Shown one piece after another: positions 41,052-50,003 of a DNA stretch of 64,000 bases. The notes under the pieces are model-generated. The model saw only the letters and a list, made by a program, of their open reading frames with translations, did not search any database and was not told the origin of the DNA. Position numbers and translations under genes: made by a program. Numbering within the stretch: the first letter of the stretch is position 1; each line of letters begins with the position of its first letter. Source of the DNA: an uncultured Candidatus Saccharibacteria bacterium (GTDB taxonomy: Bacteria > Patescibacteriota > UBA1384 > JAMDBS01 > CAYSHH01); contig CAYSHH010000005.1 of NCBI GenBank assembly GCA_964430945.1, positions 334 to 64,333 on the forward strand, written 5' to 3'.

Positions 41052-42599
41052 CTATTTCTGATTGAATATCTCATCTCTAAACATAAAATACCCAACTGAG
41101 GCAATAATAGCCATAGCAATCAGAATATTAAACCAAAGCGATGCGCCCGTAGAAACAAGTTGAGAAATATTGGAGATATCCGACTGAGATGAACTGGATG
41201 ATGAAGGTATGTTTGTTGATGGAGACCCTGTAGTATTACTTGAGGATGACTGGTTACCAACTGTACTATTTGCTGTGTTGTTGCTTGAATTATTTTGATT
41301 TGTCGAATTTGAAGAAGAATCTGACCCTGCATTCGGATTGAATACCTTATAAGGTGCAATCTGTTTAGTAATATGATAAAGAGGTTTCACAGAATAATTC
41401 TTGTCATAAATAATATGAGAAATATTATTTTTATCAATGACCAATTGAATGTCACTATTTTTTGTCATATTGTCAATATTTTCAGTTTCTGTTTTCCAAG
41501 AACTACCATTAAAATACTTATATTTCATGCCTGAATTTTGGACGTATGCAATATGGGGATTTCCTGACATATCAAGCGCCATAGATACACCTCTATCAGT
41601 ATCGTAGATCGCATCATCAAGGACCAATTCATTTTTCCAACTACCATCTTTATTTGTCAAATAATAATAGTCTTGATGCCAAGCACCATTTTTTTTGGTC
41701 TGCTTAGATACCAATATATGCATATGATTATTTGAATCAACCAAGGGATTACCAATCATCAGTAAACTCCCCATATCAACATCTGTTGAATTTGTTGCAA
41801 GCTTAAAGTCATTATAATCAAACACCTGAGGTTTCCAATTATCAGCAGCAGAATATATAGCAAAAGCTTCGCTTGAAAATTGATTTCCAGTATTCAAATA
41901 ATAATCGGCAATGTCAATATTATCTGAATGATCAACTGTCATTCTGGCAGCCGAGCTAGCTTCTACATTATCTAGAATGTTTTTTGTTTTCCATGACCCG
42001 TTATCTTCATACAATATGGAATATTTTCTCGTTTTGCTATTGTAAAGAAGCGCATATAATTCATTTTTTGAGTTGACCTGCATTTGATTATTGGATCTAT
42101 TTACCAAACTCTCAGATTCTCCGATAGGAATATCTTCATTAGTCCAATTTTTCCCGTCATAAAAATAATGCTTAATACTAGTAGCTTGATAGTCTTGCGT
42201 TAAAATATGTAGATTACCTTCCTGATCAACAATAGGCGCGAATCTTTGTGTATTGCTTGCCGGACTAACCAATGGTACTTCCTTACGAAGCCAACCAGAA
42301 GAATTTCTCGTCAAATAATCTGCCGTAATTGATACCGACGAGGAATCGGTTGCGGAGACATTTACGTCTCGGCAAACGAGATTTAACACATTATTTGGAT
42401 TTACATTAAATGTTTTAGTATCAAGAAAATAACAATCGCCCACATTTTCAGATGTCCATTGGTCGGAAGATGCAACATCAGCACTAATTTTTGAGTTTTC
42501 GTTTTGAAAATAATAGACAACTATTGCGATAGAAAGAAAAACAATAGAAATCAATGCAAGAAACAGTAGCCTATTTTTTATACTAATTTGCTTGAACAT
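41052..42599 (-). CDS. sortase-sorted surface protein, beta-propeller-like repeats
   Basis: N-terminal signal/TM, repeated Wxx(E/K)xxD and D..GNPHIAY units, Ser/Asn linker, LVSTG-TM-RDE tail. Confidence 0.75.
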   Translation of the reverse strand: MFKQISIKNRLLFLALISIVFLSIAIVVYYFQNENSKISADVASSDQWTSENVGDCYFLDTKTFNVNPNNVLNLVCRDVNVSATDSSSVSITADYLTRNSSGWLRKEVPLVSPASNTQRFAPIVDQEGNLHILTQDYQATSIKHYFYDGKNWTNEDIPIGESESLVNRSNNQMQVNSKNELYALLYNSKTRKYSILYEDNGSWKTKNILDNVEASSAARMTVDHSDNIDIADYYLNTGNQFSSEAFAIYSAADNWKPQVFDYNDFKLATNSTDVDMGSLLMIGNPLVDSNNHMHILVSKQTKKNGAWHQDYYYLTNKDGSWKNELVLDDAIYDTDRGVSMALDMSGNPHIAYVQNSGMKYKYFNGSSWKTETENIDNMTKNSDIQLVIDKNNISHIIYDKNYSVKPLYHITKQIAPYKVFNPNAGSDSSSNSTNQNNSSNNTANSTVGNQSSSSNTTGSPSTNIPSSSSSSQSDISNISQLVSTGASLWFNILIAMAIIASVGYFMFRDEIFNQK

Positions 42600-42609
42600 T
42601 TTACTCCTA

Positions 42610-43926
42610 TTATTTACCGTTTATTTCTTTTCTAAACATAAAGTAACCAATACCACCGATTAAGAGTAATGCAAGAAGTATATTAAACCAAAGTGATGCG
42701 CCGGTAGATACCAATTTGGTAACTTTTGTTATTGGTGTATCCGAATTAGAGTTGTCGATTACTGGTGTAGTACAAGCACTTACCATTGTCTCCATCTGAT
42801 CAGAAGCCTTTGATTCAACACCTGCACTATCGTGGGCAATTACATAATAACAAGCTGTTACATTGCAGTCTTCACTACTTTGGATATCGGATGTTTGATC
42901 TAGAGTATAAGATGTTTGATCTGTAGAAGTGATGTATGTTCCAGAACAATTATAAATATCATATCCACTAGCATCATCTACTTTATTCCAAGAAATAGTT
43001 ACATTTTGACCATCATACTCTATTTGTGTATTTTCTGGTTTCTTCGTGCTTATATCAGTAACTATATTTTTGCATTGGCCAGTTGTGACCGTAACGGTGT
43101 CTGAAGGATTGGATCCATAGCCCTGTTCATTTATTGCTGTAACATGAAAGGAATAATCTGTCTCACATTTTAGTCCGCTAATAGTATAGGAATTGGAATC
43201 GGCTGTGGCGATCCAGGAAACTTCGTCAGCGTTATAAATACCATAACTAGTTGCAGTGGTTACAGCATCCCAAGAGAGTTTAACGCTGTCGCTAGTTACT
43301 TCGGAAGATTTAAGATTGGTTGGCGGATTGGGTTTATTTATTGTAGGACTTGGGCTAGGAGTCGGAGTCGGGATTGCGGTCGTAGCCGTAGTCGTAGGAG
43401 TAGTAGTGGTAGGAACCGAAGTCGTAGTTGTAGGGGCAGTTGTAGTTGGGGTTGATATCGTACATTGAGTAGCTCTTTTTTCTCCTAATAGAGTATTTTT
43501 GCCAGTAGAAGTAACGTGCCCAATTACTCTGTAATTCCACCCATGTGGATCGTGTGGACCAAAACTACAATAAGTCGACGTTTGGCGATAACAGTTCGGA
43601 CATGTTCCACCATATATCTGATTGCAAGTTTGATCAGTAGGACTAATATTTACCCAACCGTTGTCTGTATTTGCATATGATGTTCCAGCATATACTTTGA
43701 ATGAATAAAGGTCATAATTGGTAGCTCCTTTTACATAGGTCAATTTATCAATTTGTTTATTATCAGATCGAGAACAAACGGAATCAACTGTAAGGATTGA
43801 AACTGGTACTGGGTTAGCCCAGATACTTATACGTCCTGTTTGATTGCCCCATACTAAAAACGCAAACCCAAGAATCACAATCGCGATAAGTATTAGCATG
43901 GTAATTTTAAAACCTTTTTTTGTCAT
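42610..43926 (-). CDS. sortase-sorted surface protein with fibronectin type III domains
   Basis: Cys-rich N-domain, Pro/Thr linker, PTNL..LSWDAV..GLKCETDYSFHVTA, LVSTG-TM-RKE tail. Confidence 0.8.
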   Translation of the reverse strand: MTKKGFKITMLILIAIVILGFAFLVWGNQTGRISIWANPVPVSILTVDSVCSRSDNKQIDKLTYVKGATNYDLYSFKVYAGTSYANTDNGWVNISPTDQTCNQIYGGTCPNCYRQTSTYCSFGPHDPHGWNYRVIGHVTSTGKNTLLGEKRATQCTISTPTTTAPTTTTSVPTTTTPTTTATTAIPTPTPSPSPTINKPNPPTNLKSSEVTSDSVKLSWDAVTTATSYGIYNADEVSWIATADSNSYTISGLKCETDYSFHVTAINEQGYGSNPSDTVTVTTGQCKNIVTDISTKKPENTQIEYDGQNVTISWNKVDDASGYDIYNCSGTYITSTDQTSYTLDQTSDIQSSEDCNVTACYYVIAHDSAGVESKASDQMETMVSACTTPVIDNSNSDTPITKVTKLVSTGASLWFNILLALLLIGGIGYFMFRKEINGK

Positions 43927-44300
43927 AGCCCTCCTAAAAATATATTATTTAATACATAAATCCCAAACAAATACGATGCAAGGTTACATAAAAATGAAGA
44001 AATAAAAGATTGTTTCCAATCTATTTTTAAGAAAAAATAGTAAAATATTGCTTCTACGATAAATACTATAATCTCTGAAGATACCACATATACCATATAA
44101 TTCTCACTAAATACTACCGGAAAAATAAACCAGACATACGGAAGTGTAGCAGCACTAATTAATCCAGCAAGAACGATCATTGCAGTAGGAACCTTCTCCT
44201 TACCAAGCCTGTATAGATACCGAACAGTAAGGAGAAGTATAATCATCTCAATAATTATTGTAAAAGATAGATAGATGAAAAATATATATTCGTATTTCAT
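43923..44300 (-). CDS. small four-TM hypothetical protein
   Basis: 125 aa, hydrophobic, with intramembrane Glu/Asn residues; tightly coupled within the operon. Confidence 0.7.
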   Translation of the reverse strand: MKYEYIFFIYLSFTIIIEMIILLLTVRYLYRLGKEKVPTAMIVLAGLISAATLPYVWFIFPVVFSENYMVYVVSSEIIVFIVEAIFYYFFLKIDWKQSFISSFLCNLASYLFGIYVLNNIFLGGL

Positions 44301-44305
44301 ATTTT

Positions 44306-46099
44306 TTAAGAATTATTGTGAATTTCGCGTCTGAAGATTATATAACCGACACAACCGGTTATAACTAGTGCAAGAAGAATATTAAACCACAAAGATGCAC
44401 CGGTAGATACCAATGAAGTGACTGTATTGGAAACCGTGGCACAACTCTCCGTATCAACATTTATTTTATCTGAAGGTTGTGATTGACTCGAATCGTTGTG
44501 AGCAACTACATAATAACAAAGTGTTTGCCCGCAAGATAAACCACTAAAGTTTGCGGAAGTACTGTCAGTTGAATGTATATAATCTCCGTTACAATTGTAA
44601 ATATCGTAACCAGTCGCACCTTCTACGGCATCCCAGGAAAGTGTCGCTAGGCCATCACCATGATATGTGAGAGATATATTCTCTGGCTTTTCGTTAGAAA
44701 TATCAGAACCTGTTTGACAAGCAGTGGTTGTCGCAGATGCTGTGCTAGATGGATTAGATTCTTCATTTCCAATACCAGCCGTTACATAATAGCTATATTC
44801 TGTGTTGCATTTGAGTCCTTTAGCAGTCCATGTAGTATTTGATGATTCTACTGTTGCGATCAAAATATTGTTGTCTGCATTGTAGATATTGTAGTATCCC
44901 TCACCTGATTCTAGAGCCGCGTCCCAAGTAAGCTTAATTTCAGTATTGCTAGTTCCTTGAGCAGTGACATTTGTTGGAGCAGTAGGTGTAGAGATAGTAT
45001 ATGAAGGTGTCGGAGAAACATTAGAACATCCAAGACTTGGCGCATCAACAGTATCAGTTACTGATGAGTCAAAGTAGTTAATAGCTTTGTATTTTACCCC
45101 GTTGATACTTGGATATTGATGATTGGTTGTGCTACCGGATGCTGCATGGAGAGGAATAAAACCATTAGTATTCGGTGATTCCATATATAATTCTATTGTG
45201 GCTGAATTTTCGCCAGTCCAACTAAGATAATTAATTTGCTCACCAATATCACCGACGCATTCTGATCTATCAAGACTTAAATCAATTGAATAATTTTGAG
45301 TAGGTGTAGTTGTAGTTGGAGTAGTTGTGGTTGGGGTAGTTGTAGTTGGAGTAGTTGTGGTTGGGGTAGCAGAGCCATAGCATCCTTTTTGAGTGTCACA
45401 TTGTGGTCTACTTGGGTCACTACATGTATAAGGACCATCCCATTTATAACAACCGTTTACTAATCTGCAAGATTGATATTGAGTATTATTTATACATTTA
45501 ATATTAAGTGGGTAATTTGAATCTCCTTGAGTACATTCATTGGTGCAAGTAGTGCTTGTTGGATTGGTGGTTGACGTTGTAGTTGGATTGGTGCTAGAGC
45601 AAGCACTAGTAGACGTGGCTTCTGCAATTACATGCGTGCATGATTCGCTACCAGCACACTGCGTCCTTCCAAATTGATATCCGACTACTCTGTATTTGGT
45701 AGATTTTGGAGTACCTATATCAACACTGTATCGAAAACTAGAATTATTTATAGTCGTATAATTCTTAGTTTGTCCAACCCATTTACCATTTTCATATTTT
45801 TCCAACCAATATTCGCTTGGTTTTGGAACAATAGTTGTATAATTGACCAATATATTATCGGCTTGATTTGTTCCATTTTGCCTACAGTATGAAGTTATAC
45901 ATATACTACCATAAGTACCAGATTTACATATTGGATTGGTAACTGTATCTGCATTTGCCCACAATCCAATCCTACCCGTCTGATTGGCCCAAATGAGTAT
46001 TGATAGACTAACCAAAATAATTCCTAAAATTATTAGGAATATTGTTTTAGATCTTTTGTTGGCAAAAACATCTTTATGCCAAACAGAGTTCTTATTCAT
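44306..46099 (-). CDS. sortase-sorted surface protein with fibronectin type III domains
   Basis: Cys-rich N-domains, PTTTT repeats, two FN3 domains, LVSTG-TM-RRE tail. Confidence 0.8.
   Translation of the reverse strand: MNKNSVWHKDVFANKRSKTIFLIILGIILVSLSILIWANQTGRIGLWANADTVTNPICKSGTYGSICITSYCRQNGTNQADNILVNYTTIVPKPSEYWLEKYENGKWVGQTKNYTTINNSSFRYSVDIGTPKSTKYRVVGYQFGRTQCAGSESCTHVIAEATSTSACSSTNPTTTSTTNPTSTTCTNECTQGDSNYPLNIKCINNTQYQSCRLVNGCYKWDGPYTCSDPSRPQCDTQKGCYGSATPTTTTPTTTTPTTTTPTTTTPTQNYSIDLSLDRSECVGDIGEQINYLSWTGENSATIELYMESPNTNGFIPLHAASGSTTNHQYPSINGVKYKAINYFDSSVTDTVDAPSLGCSNVSPTPSYTISTPTAPTNVTAQGTSNTEIKLTWDAALESGEGYYNIYNADNNILIATVESSNTTWTAKGLKCNTEYSYYVTAGIGNEESNPSSTASATTTACQTGSDISNEKPENISLTYHGDGLATLSWDAVEGATGYDIYNCNGDYIHSTDSTSANFSGLSCGQTLCYYVVAHNDSSQSQPSDKINVDTESCATVSNTVTSLVSTGASLWFNILLALVITGCVGYIIFRREIHNNS
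45306..45369. repeat. 30-bp tandem repeat encoding (PTTTT)n linker
   Basis: GTAGTTGTAGTTGGAGTAGTTGTGGTTGGG x2 exact, plus GTAG. Confidence 0.85.
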
Positions 46100-46430
46100 A
46101 ACCCTCCTTATATAGTAGAAATAGTTAATTTAATCAGATCTACTACTTATTAATTTTTAAAAAATATTCTTATATTTATTGCCATTGAAATACGTGTGCA
46201 AACATTGATAAATACTATAAAATTTTCACAAGAGTGAATTTATGTACTACTTATTATTAAATCAAACACTATAATATATAACAAGAGGAAAACTCTTGAT
46301 AGTGACTTGGAAAAGCTAAATCATTCTGATTGATTAATGGGCACAAGGATTTGGAAAATAAAGAAAATTGGGAGTTAATTGTTGTATAAATCAATTATTA
46401 TCTTATTTACCGATTGGTAGGACAGTGGCT

Positions 46431-47474
46431 TTACTCCGCATATCCAACGAAACGAGCCCGCACTATCAAACGTCGTTCGCTTGTGCCTACCGGGACACAT
46501 GTCATTAAAGTAACAATGTGTTCGCTAGTGTCTTGTTTTACCACATCAACATTTTCTGGTGCAACCTCTGTTTTATCATAAACTTCATAGACATAAACTT
46601 TATCATTATATCCGATAACTACCTTGTCTCCGACATTTATATACGGAAGTGTAGCAAATATACTATGGTATTGTCCTGGATCCCAACTATAATACGATGA
46701 ATGTCCCGATATAAATACATTCCCAGTATTATTTTCCAATCCCTCTCCAGGCTTAGCTGTGCCAAGATAATGAGCTACCCCGTTTTGTAGGCTAGCAAGC
46801 ATACTATTTTCGTCAACAGATGAATCCCAAACTATCGGACATTGTATTCCAAGCGAGGGTACGGATAGTTGATTATTTAGAGTATTTTGAGCAACATAAG
46901 TGCTTTCGTCAGAAGTACTAAAATTTTCTTCTTGGGGAGCTTCTTCAGTTACCACTTCGTCTTTTTTCTCTTCTGGAAATTCAACGACCTTGGGGTCTGG
47001 ATATTCAATAATAATTGGCAAAAATAATAGACCATCATCGTTTTTATAAAAAACAGCGACTTTGGCAGTCTTTTGATCATTAGAGTATTCAATGACATCT
47101 GAATCATTCTCCTGAAATGTGGCTCTAGCGCTCAAGGCATCAAAATTTACAACAATATATATTACTATAAGTGATAAGATCATTGTAATAAAAATTATCG
47201 CAACAGTTTTCAATAAACTAGATTTTTTATACTTCTCATCTTTTTTATTGTGATTTGTTGTCGTAGAACTAGTATTGATGATTTCTTGAACTGGTGCTCT
47301 ATCTTTATGATTAGAAATCGATACCGACTTATCAAAATTTATCTTTGGTTTTGACGGAATAAAAACAGGCTTATTCTTGTGTTTTGTAGGGTTAGGTCTC
47401 AACACTTCAGCATCAACAACATCGGTGTTGATATCGTGTGGTTTTTCTATTTTTGGAGAATATTTATATTCCAT
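46431..47474 (-). CDS. sortase
   Basis: TM, LQNGVAHY, NVFISGHSS, TLMTC, GTSERRL. Confidence 0.92.
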   Translation of the reverse strand: MEYKYSPKIEKPHDINTDVVDAEVLRPNPTKHKNKPVFIPSKPKINFDKSVSISNHKDRAPVQEIINTSSTTTNHNKKDEKYKKSSLLKTVAIIFITMILSLIVIYIVVNFDALSARATFQENDSDVIEYSNDQKTAKVAVFYKNDDGLLFLPIIIEYPDPKVVEFPEEKKDEVVTEEAPQEENFSTSDESTYVAQNTLNNQLSVPSLGIQCPIVWDSSVDENSMLASLQNGVAHYLGTAKPGEGLENNTGNVFISGHSSYYSWDPGQYHSIFATLPYINVGDKVVIGYNDKVYVYEVYDKTEVAPENVDVVKQDTSEHIVTLMTCVPVGTSERRLIVRARFVGYAE

Positions 47475-47557
47475 ATTAGTATTATATATTTTTTTAATTT
47501 ATTAATCTAAATATATATCTGTAAAACATGTTTATAATATGGTACAATCAGATAATT

Positions 47558-49315
47558 ATGAATCCTATAAATATTCGAAATTTTTGTATTATTGCTCATG
47601 TAGATCACGGGAAATCAACTTTAGCTGATAGAATGCTTGAGATTACAAATACCGTAGAAAAGAAAAAGATGAAATCTCAATATCTTGATCAAATGGACCT
47701 AGAACGTGAGAGAGGAATTACGATTAAATTGCAGCCAGTAAGAATGTTTTATGATAATAATGGTGAAAATTATATTTTTAATTTGATTGATACTCCAGGA
47801 CATGTTGATTTTTCTTACGAGGTTTCTCGAAGCTTGGCAGCTGTAGAAGGCGCAATTCTTTTAGTTGATGCTACAAAGGGAATACAAGCACAAACTTTGG
47901 CTAATTTATATCAAGCAATTGATCAAAATTTAGATATTATTCCGGTAATCAATAAAATTGATCTTCCAAATGCTCAGATTGAAGAGACGAAAGATGAAAT
48001 AAATAAATTATTGGGTACAAAAAAAGAAGATATTCTGGAAATATCTGCAAAGACTGGTGAAAATGTGGAAACTATTTTTCCGGAAATTATAAAAAACGTA
48101 AGACCTCCAAAACTTTGTGACGATCAACCATTAAAAGCTTTGATATTTGATTCGCTTTACGACGAATATAGAGGGGTAGTGGCATACATTAAAGTATTGG
48201 AAGGAAAATTATCATCAAACGAAAAAATTCATCTTATTGCGTCATCCGAAGACGATAGGGCACTTGAAGTTGGGTATTTTTCACCACAATATACGAAAAA
48301 AGATACATTGGGATCTGGTGAAATTGGTTATGTAATAACTGGTTTTAAGGATGTTAGATTCTGTAAAGTTGGCGATACAATTATTAGTTCAAGTCATTAC
48401 TTGGAAAGCTTGAAATCTAAAAATCCAGTAACTCCCCTCAAGGGATATAAAAAAGTAAAATCAATGGTTTTTGCTCAATTTTATTCTCGTAATGGCGAAG
48501 TTGACAAGCTAAGAGACGCACTAGATAAGCTTTCATTGAATGATTCTGCACTTAGCTTTGAGGCAACAAATTCACATGTATTCGGTATGGGATTCGAATG
48601 TGGGTTTTTAGGACTACTTCATCTTGAGATAATCAAAGAAAGACTCCTAAGAGAATATGGTCTTGATCTTATTATTACCTCCCCTAGGGTAGAGTACAAA
48701 ATAGAAAAAATTAGCAACAAAACTATTTACTCTGAGCCGTGGGTAAAGCTTGAAGTTATTACTCCACAAAAATACATTGGCGCGATAATTGATATCACTA
48801 TAAGTATAAGAGGACAATATAGGGCTACTGAATATATCGGTGATCGAGCGGTAATAACGTTTGACGCACCATTGGCTAACATTGTGACCAATTATTATGA
48901 TCGACTAAAAAGCGTATCAGCAGGTTATGCATCATTAAATTATGATTTTTTAGAGTATAGAGAAGAAGATCTTGTTAAAATGGATATTCTCATCGCTGGA
49001 GATAAATATGAGAACTTATCTCAAATAGTTCACAGAAATGAACTGCTGCCACGTGCAAAAAATGTTGTTAAAAAATTAAAAGATCTTTTACCTAAACAAA
49101 CATTTAAGGTTATAATTCAGGCCGCACATGGAGGAAAGGTTGTTGCTAGAGAAAATATTGGAGCACTCAAAAAAGATGTTACAGGACATTTATATGGTGG
49201 CGATGTATCTCGAAAAAATAAATTATTGAAAAAACAAGCAGCGGGCAAAAAAAGAATGCAAATGATGGGTAAAGTAGATATCCCGACAGACGTATTTATA
49301 AAGTTATTGAAATAA
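47558..49315 (+). CDS. lepA: elongation factor 4
   Basis: IRNFCIIAHVDHGKSTLADR, GFLGLLH, YGGDVSRKNKLL. Confidence 0.96.
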   Translation: MNPINIRNFCIIAHVDHGKSTLADRMLEITNTVEKKKMKSQYLDQMDLERERGITIKLQPVRMFYDNNGENYIFNLIDTPGHVDFSYEVSRSLAAVEGAILLVDATKGIQAQTLANLYQAIDQNLDIIPVINKIDLPNAQIEETKDEINKLLGTKKEDILEISAKTGENVETIFPEIIKNVRPPKLCDDQPLKALIFDSLYDEYRGVVAYIKVLEGKLSSNEKIHLIASSEDDRALEVGYFSPQYTKKDTLGSGEIGYVITGFKDVRFCKVGDTIISSSHYLESLKSKNPVTPLKGYKKVKSMVFAQFYSRNGEVDKLRDALDKLSLNDSALSFEATNSHVFGMGFECGFLGLLHLEIIKERLLREYGLDLIITSPRVEYKIEKISNKTIYSEPWVKLEVITPQKYIGAIIDITISIRGQYRATEYIGDRAVITFDAPLANIVTNYYDRLKSVSAGYASLNYDFLEYREEDLVKMDILIAGDKYENLSQIVHRNELLPRAKNVVKKLKDLLPKQTFKVIIQAAHGGKVVARENIGALKKDVTGHLYGGDVSRKNKLLKKQAAGKKRMQMMGKVDIPTDVFIKLLK

Positions 49316-49376
49316 TTAATAGTTGTAAATTGACGATTGGTCTATTGCTTAGTTACTGTTTTTCCACAGTTTTGAA

Positions 49377-49431
49377 TTGACAATATTTTCAAATAATAAT
49401 AATATTGATGTAATTTGACCGATCGGTCAAA
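49377..49431 (+). promoter_or_regulatory. sigma70 promoter plus TetR operator
   Basis: TTGACA-17-TAATAT followed by perfect 18-bp palindrome TTTGACCGATCGGTCAAA (49414-49431). Confidence 0.8.
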
Positions 49432-49455
49432 ATTTATTCTTAATTTGGTTATTAA

Positions 49456-49989
49456 ATGAAAAAAAGACAAACTAAAAAAATAATACTTGAAAAATCACTT
49501 GATATTTTTATTAAAAATTCTTTTTTCAGCGTGTCAATGCAAGATTTGGCTAATGCCCTCGACATCAAAAAATCATTAATCTATTATTATTTTGAAAGTA
49601 AATCTAAACTTTATCAGGAAGCGGTTTTTCAATATTTAGATAATATTGTAAATAAATTTGAAATAATATTTTCAAACAAATTTACTGCCTCGGAAAAGAT
49701 AAGTCAACTTTCGGAGCTTTATCTCAAAGAACTTGAAAAAGAGCATTCAATATTATCAGGAAATATTGACTACAATAAACTAGATAAATCAATTATGAAT
49801 GTAATTAGTAAAACACAAAAAAGAATCGTTGGCTATTTCGAGTCAATAATTTCAGAGGGTATTAAAAAGGGTGAATTTAAAAACCTTGACCCTAAAAAAT
49901 CGTCTTTAGCTATGATTGGATATATAGAAAAAAATAAACAATATAATAACAAACTGGAAAAGAACTGGTTTGATTTTTTATTAAAATAA
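49456..49989 (+). CDS. TetR/AcrR family transcriptional regulator
   Basis: SMQDLANALDIKKSLIYYYFESK HTH; GIKKGEF. Confidence 0.92.
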   Translation: MKKRQTKKIILEKSLDIFIKNSFFSVSMQDLANALDIKKSLIYYYFESKSKLYQEAVFQYLDNIVNKFEIIFSNKFTASEKISQLSELYLKELEKEHSILSGNIDYNKLDKSIMNVISKTQKRIVGYFESIISEGIKKGEFKNLDPKKSSLAMIGYIEKNKQYNNKLEKNWFDFLLK

Positions 49990-50003
49990 TGAAGGGAATT
50001 TAA

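Noticed and set aside
46290-46400. c-di-GMP-II riboswitch (GGAAA..GGGCAC..GAGTTA)
   Set aside because: The pseudoknot partner GTGC is missing and the orientation is antisense to the flanking genes
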